From Chara braunii (taxonomy: Eukaryota; Plantae; Charophyceae): 64,000 nt of DNA. The notes beneath the pieces are model-generated. The model was not told the origin of the DNA. It was given only the letters and a program-made list of their open reading frames with translations, and searched no databases. Positions 1 to 10,949 of the stretch are shown here, one piece after another. A program made the translations under genes and the position numbers. Numbering within the stretch: position 1 is the stretch's first letter; every line of letters starts with the position of its first letter. The DNA lies in assembly GCA_003427395.1 (NCBI GenBank), contig BFEA01000010.1, positions 2,105,578 to 2,169,577 of the forward strand, in the 5' to 3' direction.

Positions 1-64
1 CGTGTGCTTCACGCGCTCGCATCATCTCTAACATGGCATTTATTGCTTCGACACATAATGCAGG

Positions 65-994
65 ATGAACTCCAACCAGACTTCAACTATTTACACTCAC
101 CCAAGCGAGTCGAGTAACCGTTCCTCTCCATGCGACGTCCCACCGTTTCTCGAAGAGGGTCTCATTATTTTGAACAAAAATATATGGGAGAACCATCTCG
201 TGAGCATTGACCCTCAATATTTGCACATTGAAAGCGGTGTTGCACCGGACGGGGAAATCTCTATGCGTTTAACCTATGACAATGACAGACAAATTGTGGT
301 CGTTTCGGATAACGGGTCAAACTTCTGGTACCTGTACTCGCTGCAGAAATAGGTTGAGGTTGAGGTAGATCCTGACGGTGGCGAGGAGGATGATAAGGAG
401 CCTGAGGACGATGTTGCTCCAACGGAGATGATTGACACTTGGAACACCCTTTGTACCATCTAACGATGGCCAACCCAAGACAGAAGCCACGTAAAGCTAT
501 GTGCATGGTTTCGCCTTGGAAAACCGGAGTTGCGGACCCCAGTTATTGTTGACTACTATGGTCGAATTCGGGTGTTGAATCACAACACTACCATTACTAC
601 GGTTTTTACGACCGTCAAGGTCGATGGTCGAAAAATGAAAGCTTATTTTCTTGTAAGGGAGGAGTACCGAGGTGTCACCCTCAGTTGCGAGGAAGCGTTT
701 CTCAGCCTGACACTTGCCGGTGCTCTAGGGGGATTCAGAACTCGGCTATCCTTAGATGCGGTTCTTAGGAAGGAGCTCAAGTTAAGGGTCGACTGTTTGG
801 TACACAGTCAGTTGCACTACCTTTTTGATAATTGCGATGACATATCATGGACAGTTGAATATAGGGATCACAACACGGAGGTTGTTTTCCACAAAGATGA
901 TTACCACCGGTCGGGTACCAAGAAGGTGGAACTCCTCCCCTGTACTTTGACAAAAGTATATGATTTCCTTACTGTGAAGATGGCATCCCTGGTA
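65..994 (+). pseudogene. Cargo paralogue A of an uncharacterised family (FWYLYSL / IxDYYGR / HSQLHYLF / C-terminal CxxC-GH motifs), disrupted
   Basis: ORFs 65-352 and 530-1060 share motifs with 36805-37593. In-frame stops near 350 and 461 and a tail frameshift. ATG preceded by TGCAG|G. Confidence 0.75.
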
Positions 995-1437
995 GGCGTT
1001 TCCACTGTTCCTTTCAGTAGGTGTGTCCTTGCACAATTGGGAGTGGTAGTATACTCCTAGTTGCCATTCCTGCTAGACTACGTGGATGTCATCGCTAACA
1101 TGCCACCTCGTGCTTCCTCACGCAATGCAGGATGAACTCCAACCAGACCTCCCTCCCTGGTAGGCCCTCCCACTGTTCCATTAAGAATGTGTGTTCGTTT
1201 TCACTTCTCTTGAACCTTACATAATTGGGAATATGGCCACCTTGTCACGAAGTCCGAATCTATTCTCAGTTATCAAACCTCGAGTAGGTCGTTCCGTTGC
1301 TCCTTTCAATAGATGTGTGTGACTTCACTTCATTATGAGCTAGCATAAGTGGGAGTATACTCGCAGTTGCCATTCCTGCCAGACTTCGTGGACGTCATCA
1401 CTAATATGCTACCTCGTGCTTCCTCACGTAATGCAGG

Positions 1438-2352
1438 ATGAACTCCAACCAGACCTCGGCCCGCACAAGCGCATCCAGCTCGTCTTACATCGGCGTCTCG
1501 CCCGACCGGATTCCCGATCTCGATCTCTTCATTTTGGACAATAATATATGAGAGTATGAGCGAGTGAACTCTTCACGCCGATATCTGAACATCGAATCGG
1601 ATATTGAACCGGATGGGCAAGTTCCCATAATATTGAGAATGGGCGCCACCGCGGATGACCTTGTTGTCGATAGAGATATGGGTTGGAAATTCTGGTACCT
1701 GTACTCCTTGGAAGACGAAATTGATGTAGAGTCCGTCGGCGAGGAGGGAGATCCAGAACCTGCCACTCCTGAAGAGATGATGGACGAGTGGCGCGTCCTG
1801 TGTGCAAAGCAGAGATGGTCAGACCCTGATAGGAGGCACGTGAAACTTTATGCCTGGTTTTACCCGGGACAATCGGTTTTGCCTGCACTGGTCATCATAG
1901 ATTATTACGGTCGCATTCGGGTATTGAACCGTAACACGACGGTTGTGACGCTATTCACAGCCGTGAAGGTTGACGGTCGAAACATGAAAGCGCTTTTCAT
2001 TGCAAGGAAGGAGTTTTGAGGAGTCACCCTCAGTTCCGTGCAAACGTTTTGCAGCCCCACGGTCGAGGGTGCGCTCGGACGCCTTAGAGATCGGTTATGA
2101 CACGATGCGGCATTAACGAAAGAGCTCAACTTAGGAGTCGACTGTTTGGTACACTCTCAGTTGCATTACGTTTTCGATAACTGTGACGAGATTTCCTAGA
2201 GAGTAGAACATAGGGACCACAACTTACAGGCTGTTTTTTGAGAGGAGGAGCACCGTCTGTTGGCTATGAAAGTAGTTACGTTTGTCGAGGGCTGACAGTG
2301 TGATGTGTACGACTGTCCGTACTATCGAAACGGATATCCTAAATATCTATAA
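1438..2352 (+). pseudogene. Cargo paralogue B, copy 1 (premature stops)
   Basis: Near-identical to the open frame at 36709-37593. TGA stops near 1549, 2017 and 2098. The 3' end is locally duplicated at ~2545-2760. Confidence 0.8.
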
Positions 2353-2951
2353 GGAAAGTGGTCCTCACCAGGAGAGTAGTCTGACCGTTCCAAATGAATG
2401 GCGTGTTGGAAATGAGTCGAGATTAAGCGGCGGTTACAAAACTTGCGCTCTCTTGCGAAGTGCGAATTTATTCCCATTTATTGAATCACATGAATGTGGT
2501 GTGGAAAATAAGTCGAGATTAAGCAGGGGTTACGCCCGACAACGTGATGTATATGAAAGTGCGTACTGTCGCAACGGGCATCCTGAATATCTGCAAGGAA
2601 AGTGATCCTCACTAGGAGAGTAGTCTGACCGTTCCACATGAATGACATATTGACAATGAGTCGAGATTAAGAGGCGGTTGCAGAAGTTGTGCTCTCTTGT
2701 GAAGTGCGAATCTGTTCTCACTTATCGAACCATATGAATGACGTGTGAAAAATAAGTCGAGATTAAACGGCGGTTATAGAACTTGTGCTCTCTTGGGAAG
2801 TGTGAATCTATTCTCAATTATCGAACCCTTTCGTGCATCCGACAAGATTCTGTATTTGTTTTTTAATAAATTTTAATGCACTCGGTTATTTTTTTATGCA
2901 CTTGGAGAATCGCAACTGACGCGCTTCCTTGTGTTTCTTCGCTGATGCAGA

Positions 2952-3849
2952 ATGGATGTCGATACTTCGTTGCAAAGTAGGAACTCCTCAACGCCAGACA
3001 CATATCTGATCATTTTGTCAAAGAATATTTGGAAAAACATTGGGCGTTCTGGTGTGGACCGTGAGTACCTGCACCTCGAAAATGATGTTGCCCCCGATGG
3101 GGAAATCCCTTCATGGCAAAGTACGGAAGACGGACCCCTTCAGATTTGTTGTGATACAGGGTCGAACTTTTGGTACCTCTACACACTGATGAAGGATGTA
3201 CAGGCATGCCCTATCGGGTTGGAGTCACTTCTGAAGAGGGAACCCGTCGAAGAGGAACCCGTCCAAACTTGTGAGATTGTGGAAGCATGACACATTTTAT
3301 GTGAAAAACTAAACTGGACGTCGCAGGACAAGTTGCATCAAACACTTTGTGCCTGGTTTTGCCTCGGGAGACCGACGAAGTCGGTGCCGGTAATCATAGA
3401 CTACTTTGGTCGAGTGAGGGTGTGTAATTGTGGCACCACCGTGGTAACACTCTTTACTGCAGTGAAGGTGGACGGTCGAAGAATAAGAGTTATTTTCCTC
3501 GCAAGGGAGGAATTTCACGATGTCAAACTCACTTCTTTTCAAGCGTTTCACACATCCGGCCTTACTGGTTCCCTTGTGCGGTTCAAAAGCAGGCTCGCCA
3601 TAGATCCTGCACTCAAAGATGAGCTGGATTTGAGGGTTGACTTCTTGGTGTACCAACAACTTCACTACCTCTTTCATCGCTGTGATGAAATAAATTTCAC
3701 AGTCGAACATAGGGACAACGAATTGCGATTTCTACCGTCGTCTGGATTATTCAGCGTCCGGACCTCAGGAAGTGACACTGCGCAACGGGAAGACGAAATA
3801 TGTGTGCAACTGCCCTTACTGCGATGCTGGACATGTGCATCTTCACTAG
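2952..3849 (+). pseudogene. Cargo paralogue C, copy 1
   Basis: ORFs 2952-3290 and 3333-3860 carry NIW, YLHLENDV, FWYLYTL, IIDYFGR and QLHYLF motifs. TGG>TGA stop at 3288 and a late frameshift. Confidence 0.8.
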
Positions 3850-4134
3850 TGGCGTTCTGAATTTGTAGCTTCGTGTTTTCTTTAGCTTGAATAGACTCTT
3901 ACTATGCGTACATCCCATTGAATTTCATGTTTGCCCCGCTGCTTATCTCTCGTTCATCATACCCCATCCCGTTCGGTATACCCGTTGCATGACAAATGCT
4001 TTATCTAAGTACGAGTTCATTCACACTTTGCCAATATCAGTCGATCTCAACTTCGCCGTTTACCCACCTCTCTGTGCATGACAAGGTGGAATGTTTGATA
4101 CCTGCAAGGGTGTTGTTCTCTCTTCTGATGCAGG

Positions 4135-4893
4135 ATGTCGTCTGAAAGTGTCAGTGAGACGGTCATTGTTAGAGACCTCGACTACTGCGAAAGTCTGCGA
4201 AGTGAAATTGTTGCCACAACTGATAACATTTATGGTTATTCGTGGTTTGGCAACATTGGGCTTCCAAGATACCGCTACCTTCCGCTCCCCGAAGACGTTC
4301 GCGCTCGTGCCCAGGCATTTGTTTCGCCCCCGCTTACTACAACTTTTCAATACATTGTGAAGGTCACGCTATGCGACAGGCCCGTCTTCAGAATTGATTT
4401 CTACATTGCCTCCGAAGGGGAGTTGAGAAGTTGTTTGTATTATTCGTACGTAACCAGCATATCTTTCGATAAAATGCCAGATTGTTGTGAGCCTGCCATT
4501 ATGTTTTTTTTAACGATCTTCATCATGCATATCGCCTCGTGCTTGGATAAAGAACTATTCCTTGTATCCGGCGTGAGAGAAGATGATGACAGTCCCCCGT
4601 TCTGGGGAGACCGTTATCCGTTCCAAATCCGTAACCGGAGCAATTTAAATCGAATTTTAAGAGATATACTTATGCGCGACTTGCCGAAATCGAACCAGAT
4701 CTTCAGTCCCGAATTCCCGAACCAAGTTTTTTTAGTCGAGTTCAACATAGACGAGTGCAACGGCGACGATCGGAGGAGGTTACTCGAAGACTGCATATGC
4801 TGCTACCATGGAGATCGTACTAACCCAATGCCACGCGACATTGATACGAAGATAGTCATCGTCTCAGGATATTCGGATTCCATATGCGAATAG
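4135..4893 (+). CDS. Intact 252-aa cargo ORF E, unknown function, probable distant member of the same array family
   Basis: Uninterrupted ORF after the acceptor TTCTCTCTTCTGATGCAG|G-ATG. Weak similarity to the family at the N-terminus (DNIYG..RYL.LPEDV vs KNIW..RYLNIESDV) and C-terminus (EDCICCYHGD vs YDCPYCRNGH). A degraded copy lies at 38880-39310. Confidence 0.65.
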   Translation: MSSESVSETVIVRDLDYCESLRSEIVATTDNIYGYSWFGNIGLPRYRYLPLPEDVRARAQAFVSPPLTTTFQYIVKVTLCDRPVFRIDFYIASEGELRSCLYYSYVTSISFDKMPDCCEPAIMFFLTIFIMHIASCLDKELFLVSGVREDDDSPPFWGDRYPFQIRNRSNLNRILRDILMRDLPKSNQIFSPEFPNQVFLVEFNIDECNGDDRRRLLEDCICCYHGDRTNPMPRDIDTKIVIVSGYSDSICE

Positions 4894-5419
4894 ACTCGCA
4901 TTTATTACCTCATGCCTTCGGCAATGGGTATGACCCTATCATGCTGTGGACATCAGGTTGTCGGGCTTGGATGAGCTCTTGTGTGGGACTTGTGTAGGCA
5001 GGTGAACATCGTGTCGGGCTTGGATGAGCTTTTGTGTAATGTACGACTTTCGTTTGAATCAACTTTTGTTGGGACTTCGGTCGAACTTGTGATCGACATG
5101 TTCTATTTGAGATAGGGCTTGTTTTTTGTGTAATGTAGGACTTTTCGGCTTGAATCAGCTTTTGTGTCCGATTTCGGTTGAGCTTATCTTCGACATGTTC
5201 GTCTTTGAGGTAGGGCTTTTGTTTTTGTGGCTTTGGCGATGAGAGCGTGCCATGTAGACTGTACGGGAGCATCTTGTGTAGATGAGGGCGTGTCATGTAG
5301 ACTGTACGACGTCAGAGTACTGCTTGATTTTTTTGAAGATATCCACATTTGAGTGTTGCATTGACGAGGGCGTAGGTCATTCGTCGTTTCCTCGTGGCTC
5401 CATGAACTTTACGACGTGG

Positions 5420-6330
5420 GCTTGAATGATTTTTGGAAAGCCTACATGTACCTTAAAACGTGTCCTTCAATGATTTTTGGAAAGGCTCCATATACTTTGT
5501 GATCTTTGCAAAGCCTCTGTGTACTTTGCAAAGTGGGATTGGATGATTTTTTGCATTAAATGATTTTTGGAAACACCTCTGTATACTTTGCAATGTGCGA
5601 TTGAATGATTTTTTGCATTTAATGATTTCTGGAAACTCTCCGTGTGTTGTACAACTTGACCTTTAGAAAAACACTATGCAACTTGCAAGTGTTTCCATGT
5701 TGATGTTCGCAATGACAAGAGTTGATGTTATGAATAAATGTTATGTATCTTGTCCATGCAAAAATTTGTTGACATTTTCACCCGGGAATATACAAATGAC
5801 AAGCCAGCGTCCATATTAAATCACCACGTTGATGGTGTGCGAACCCAGCTCTCCATCTAAGTGCGAGTTCACTTGCACTAAGCATTATCCGATTCGATAT
5901 TACAATGGAAACACTCCGTGTGGTGTACAACTTGACCTTTAGAAAAGGACCAGGCAACTTGCAAGTGTTTTATTCTCTCCATCTTTCCAACTTTAATAAT
6001 AGTCATTTTGCAAGTGTTTCGATATCTCATCTTTGTATCATGGGGATGCATGAATGTTTTCGATGAAAAGATGCTCATGTGAAGGAGGGGATTGATGTTT
6101 GCGATGATAAGAAAGTGAATGTTATAAATGGATGTTATGGATCTTATCCATACAAAAATTTGATGACGTTATCACCCGGGAATTTACAAATGACAAGCCA
6201 ACATCCATATTAAATAACCACACTTATGGTGTGCGCACCTAGCTCTCCATCTAAGTGCGAGTTCACTCGCACTTGTGGTGTGAACCCCGAGCAATCCACT
6301 TAAGTGAGAGTCCACTCGCACTTTGCTTAT
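5420..6330. repeat. Subterminal repeat block of the element (short units with TGAATGATTTTTGGAAA plus longer duplicated units)
   Basis: Internally repetitive. Homologous blocks at 39720-40500 and 42190-43160. Confidence 0.7.
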
Positions 6331-6349
6331 ATCCCATTTAGCAGAAATG

Positions 6350-7725
6350 ACCACCAACCCAGCCCCAGTTGCGATTGAGCATCAAAGTCTGCCCAACAAC
6401 TGATAACCTGCGGGACCTGGAGTTCAATTCTGTTTGTGGAGTGCGAAACTCCGCTCGAAAGAGATCCAAGTCCAACATGATGGCCCACCACAGACCCATC
6501 AACCTAGCCCCAATTGCGATTGAGCATCAAATACTGACCAACAACTGATAACTTGAAGGACGTGGAGTTCAATTCTGTTTGAGGAGTGCGAAACTCTGCT
6601 CAAAACAGATCCAGGTCCAACAAGGAGGCCCACCATAGACCCACCAACCTAGCCCTAGTTGCGATTGAGCATCAAAGACTGCCCAACAACTGATAACCTG
6701 CGGGACGTGGAGTTTAATTCTGTTTGTGGAGTGCGAAACTTTGCTCGAAACAGATCCAAGTCCAACAGGAAGGCCCACCACAGACCCATCAACCCAGCCC
6801 TAATTGCGATTGAGCATCAAAGTCTGCCCAACAACTGATAACCTGCGGGACCTGCAGTTCAATTCTGTTTGTGGAGTGCGAAACTCTGCTCGAAACAGAT
6901 GTAGGTCCAGCAGAAAGGCCCACCATAGACCCACCAACCTAGCCCCAGTTGCGATTGAGCATCAAAGACTGCCCAACAACTGATAACCTGCGGGACCTGG
7001 AGTTCAATTCTGTTTGTGGAGTGCGGAACTCTTCTCAAAACAGATCCAGGTCCAACAAGAAGGTCCACCACAGACCCACCAACCTAGCCCTAGTTACGAT
7101 TGAGCATCAAAGACTGCCTAACAACGGATAACCTGCGGGACCTAGAGTTCAATTCTGTTTGTGGAGTGCAAAACTCTGCTCGAAACAGATCCAGGTCCAA
7201 TAGGAAGGTCAAACACAAACCCACCAACCTAGCCCCAGTTGCAATTGAGCATCAAAGACTGCCCAACAACTGATAACCTGCGGGATCTAAAGTTCAATTA
7301 TGTTTGTGGAGTGCGAAATTCTGTTCGAAACAGATCCCAGGTCCTACAGGAAGGTCAACCACAGACCCACCAACCTAGCCCCAGTTACGATTGAGCATGA
7401 AAGACTGCCCAACAACTAATAACCTGCGGGACGTGGAGTTCAATTCTGTTTGTGGAGTGCGAAACTCTGCTCGAAACAAATCCAGGTCTAACAAGAAGGT
7501 TAACCACAGACCCACCAACCTAGCCGCAATTGCGATTGAGCATTAAGGACTTCCCAACAACTGCTAACCTGCGGGACCTGAAGTTCAATTCTATTTGTGG
7601 AGTGCAAAACTCTGCTCGAAACAGATCCAGGTCCAACAGGAAGGCCAACCGCAGACCCACCAAACTAGCCCAGTGGCGGACTTTAGCATCAAAGATTGCC
7701 CAGCAACTGATAACCTGCGGGAAAC
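6350..7725. repeat. 145-bp tandem satellite, about 9 units
   Basis: GCGATTGAGCATCAAAG-like anchor at 6371, 6516, 6661, 6806, 6951, 7096, 7241, 7387 and 7532. About one unit remains at 40522-40666. Confidence 0.92.
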
Positions 7726-8018
7726 AAATCCACACCAATCATCAAGGTCCCCTAAGAGTGCTAATGGCAATCCGCACAGACAACCAACGACTGTTTGACA
7801 CTTCTTGAAGGTGCTCAGTTACCAAACAGATCACGACCTAACATCAACCTGGCATCAAGGTTCCCTACGAGTGCTAATGGCAATCCACACAGAGAGCCAA
7901 TGATTGTTTGACACTTCCTTAAGGTGCTCTGTCGAACACCGATAAATGCGAATTGATTCGTTGTTCAACTAGTATTTGTCAATGCCTTTCCGGGTTAAAG
8001 CAAGAAGCTCGGGCCCTC
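7527..8018 (+). repeat. Right terminal inverted repeat (~490 bp, ends ...GGGCCCTC)
   Basis: Reverse complement of 14888-15367, including diagnostic variants of the last satellite unit (CTTCCCA, CTGCTAAC). Confidence 0.75.
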
Positions 8019-8046
8019 TTTCTTTCTCTCTCTGTCTCTCTTTCTT

Positions 8047-8084
<38 letters not shown>

Positions 8085-8085
8085 C

Positions 8086-8443
8086 AAACTAGCCCCAGTG
8101 GTGGACTTCAGCATCAAAGACTGCCCAATAACTGATAACTTGCGGGAAGCACATCCACACCCATCATCAAGGTTCCCTAAGAGTGCTATTGGCAATCCGC
8201 ACAGACGACCAACGATTGTTTGACACTTCTTGAAGGTGTTCAGTCACCATTGTGATCACGACCTAACATCAACCTGACATCAAGGTTCCCTAAGAGTGCT
8301 AATGGCAATCTGCACAGTGAGCGAATGACTGTTTGACACTTCCGTAAGGTGCTCTGTCGAACATCGATAACTGCGAATTGATTCATTGTTCAACTAGTAT
8401 CAGTTAATGCCTTTCCGGGTTAAAGCAAGGAGTTCGGGCCCTC
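8086..8443 (+). repeat. Tandem second copy of the outer ~360 bp of the right TIR
   Basis: Direct repeat of 7662-8018, separated from it by a (CT)n(CA)n microsatellite. Also ends GGGCCCTC and is followed by (CT)n. Confidence 0.85.
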
Positions 8444-8453
8444 CCCCCTCCTC

Positions 8454-8515
<62 letters not shown>
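8444..8515. repeat. (CT)n microsatellite
   Basis: Direct observation. A similar (CT)n(CA)n tract lies at 8019-8082. Confidence 0.95.
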
Positions 8516-8519
<4 letters not shown>

Positions 8520-9100
8520 CAGGGGTACTGACGGGTTGCGGGTTGGTCAGTGCAGCAGGCTGGGTATTCCACCCGACCACAGTTGACGGTTTCAGTCCAT
8601 CAACTTGCAAGGTGTTGGGCGCCGGACCCCTGACCTTTTATGGAACATAGGGACCACATACTCAGCAAATTGTCTTACAGATAGCCCCTGCTCTTTTATA
8701 TCGTGTAGTGTGACTGTCACAGTCGTTCCTTACACCTAGCCAAGACAACAAGATGTCGTACAAAGAGCCTCTGCCCTTTTATGTTGTGTAGAGTCGTTCC
8801 TTGTACCTAGCCAGGAGGACGGGAACCAATTTTATACACTCAGTCTGTTAATTCGCATTTAATAACGACTATTCATGTACGAAGGGCTCAAAACGCCCCA
8901 CCACAACATTCACCCCATCAACACCACATATACTAACCATTTATCCTCACTTAAAGTGTCGCATAATGCCCTATTGGTCCATGTACAGTGTACGCATTCA
9001 CATTCGAAATAGTTCACTTTTTGGAAAAAAGTTCAGTTTTAACGAAATGTGTATTCATATGCAGCTGACAGTAGAACACATGCACAAAGCATAAGCGACG

Positions 9101-9631
9101 ATGATCGAATTTGAGAACAAGCCCCGCCGCCCATCTATGTTTCAGGTAGGGGACAGGGTCTGGATCAAGGCTTCAGAACTGGGACAAGAGCACCGGATTT
9201 CCCGTAAGCTCATGCCACAGTACTTTGGACCATGGGAGGTTTTGGATGTAGTTGGGGATGAACCAAACGGGCCTTCATATGTCATACGGATCCCTGGACA
9301 CCTTCACACTTATCCTGTTTTTCACGCCTCAAAGCTTGCACCATTCCAGGAAACTGACCAGTTCCCTTCACGACGCTCAATGCTGCCCCCAACCATGGAT
9401 GAAGAGGTCGACATTGATGAAATTGTGGATCACAGAGAGATGCCAGTTCCAAGTCCTACGGGCAGGGGACGTCCTCCGAAACCGAAGCTGCAGTATCGCG
9501 TTCGGTTCAGACATCACACTGATCCTAAGGAGCACAGATGTTTCACAGGGGAAAAATTGATGCAGACCGCTCCACAGGTTGTCGCCCACTATGAGAAGTT
9601 ACTGCAGAAAGGAAAGCGCCAGATTGATTAA
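9101..9631 (+). pseudogene. Ty3/gypsy chromovirus pol C-terminus: integrase GPF/Y (SH3-like) region plus chromodomain, 5'-truncated
   Basis: FQVGDRVW..KLMPQYFGPWEV..YVIRIP..PVFHASKLAPF, then DIDEIVDHR..QYRVRF chromodomain-like motif. Followed by the purine tract GGAGAGGGAA. Confidence 0.88.
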
Positions 9632-9667
9632 ACTTCTCAGAGGACTAGCGAAGTATGGAGGAGGGAA

Positions 9668-10646
9668 TGGGAGGCATAAGGCCTCGATAAGCCCTACCGG
9701 GCCCTTATTTGCAACAGGTCGGTCGCCCTAAGTGAAGGCAGGCTCGACAAACGACAAGAGGTCTATTTTGGACTACTTCGCAACTGGGGTAAAATTTAGG
9801 CAGTTGCACAACGCCAGTTGGTTGAAGGCGCCCAGGCCCTGGCCTCCTTTATCAAATGTATCTCAGTCAGGCCCTGGGCCTCCTTTATCAAATGTATCTC
9901 AGTCAGGCACTGGGCGAGATACCCAGTATGGACCCAACTCAGACTGTGGGCAGTTGGGCACTGGTAATTGTCGGTGGCCTGGGTCTGATCCGTTTGGACT
10001 GAGGCTCAGCCTCCCTGGGCCTACCGGAAGCTTCTGGGTCGGGGCCCAGTATCGCAGCACAGCACGCAGCAACAGGCCACTTCGATATAGGGAAGGGTCT
10101 GCCCACGAATTGGACAATTGGGCATTGGTTGCATGCTGCGCTAACGCTGGCCAGGCTCACGCGCTCACGGGCGAGCTGGAAGGAGCAGGCAGCCATAGCC
10201 GAGTTGTGTTGCTGTATGCTGGATGGGGCACATGGTGGTCCTTGGGTGCAAGTGGCGTCTGCTAGTTGGGGAACGAGGTTGTGAGTGATACGAGAGACAT
10301 ACCTGGTGCTCGAGGCGTGCGGCATTGGCCAAGATCTGCTCGTACTTGGGAAGTTGTTGACGTCATCAGCGGCATTGTAGTCTAGGCTAAATAGGATCTG
10401 CCATTCGTAGTCTGGGCACCGAGCGCCAGATAGGATATCAACAATAGTTCTTTGTTGATGATTATGGGACTATTCCAGCATTGTCAATTGTGAGTTTTTG
10501 GTGTGCTCTTATTTGGTGAAACTCGTTATGCAATTCTGCAGTTGGTTCGAGGTCACAACTATTTGGTCTCATGTGTATGATGCTGTTTGATTTCTGAAGT
10601 TCGCTATTGCTCATCTTCCTTGCATCTTTATCAGATAATGCCTCAC
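9668..10646 (+). mobile_element. Probable LTR (~980 bp) of the chromovirus
   Basis: Starts right after the PPT with TGGGAGGCAT and ends ATGCCTCAC (short inverted termini), followed by a PBS-like TGGCA. Its 3' part is homologous to 44290-44600. Confidence 0.6.
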
Positions 10647-10949
10647 TGGCACACGATTAANNNNNNNNNNNNNNNNNNNNNNNNNNNNNNNNNNNNNNNN
10701 NNNNNNNNNNNNNNNNNNNNNNNNNNNNNNNNNNNNNNNNNNNNNNNNNNNNNNNNNNNAAAAAAGGCGATTTTTTTTTTTTTTTTTTTTTTTCTATTGA
10801 TTAGTGATCAGCATACGAATTGGAGCTTGCAATCAGGTCTGCTTGCCTGCCTACATTGTTTCCCCTCCTTCTACCTTCTTGTTTTCTTTCGATAAGTGCC
10901 ACATCAGCAAGTGTCACGTCAGCAAGTGTCACGCCTGCAAGTGCCACGT

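Larger units (their letters stand above)
1..8443 (+). mobile_element. Right portion of copy 1 of a giant Sola-like DNA transposon (cargo gene array, subterminal repeats, satellite, right TIR)
   Basis: 1-6500 is a diverged, collinear paralogue of 36408-40666, which lies directly downstream of the transposase. The segment ends in a sequence (7527-8018, partly repeated at 8086-8443) that is the reverse complement of 14888-15367. Confidence 0.75.

Noticed and set aside
680-694. LxCxE (LSCEE) retinoblastoma-binding motif in paralogue A
   Set aside because: Not conserved in paralogues B, C or D (LSSVQ, LNSVQ, LTSFQ); probably chance.
6350-7808. Short ORFs in the 145-bp satellite and TIR
   Set aside because: By-products of tandem repetition. 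The unit length is not a multiple of 3 and stops are frequent.
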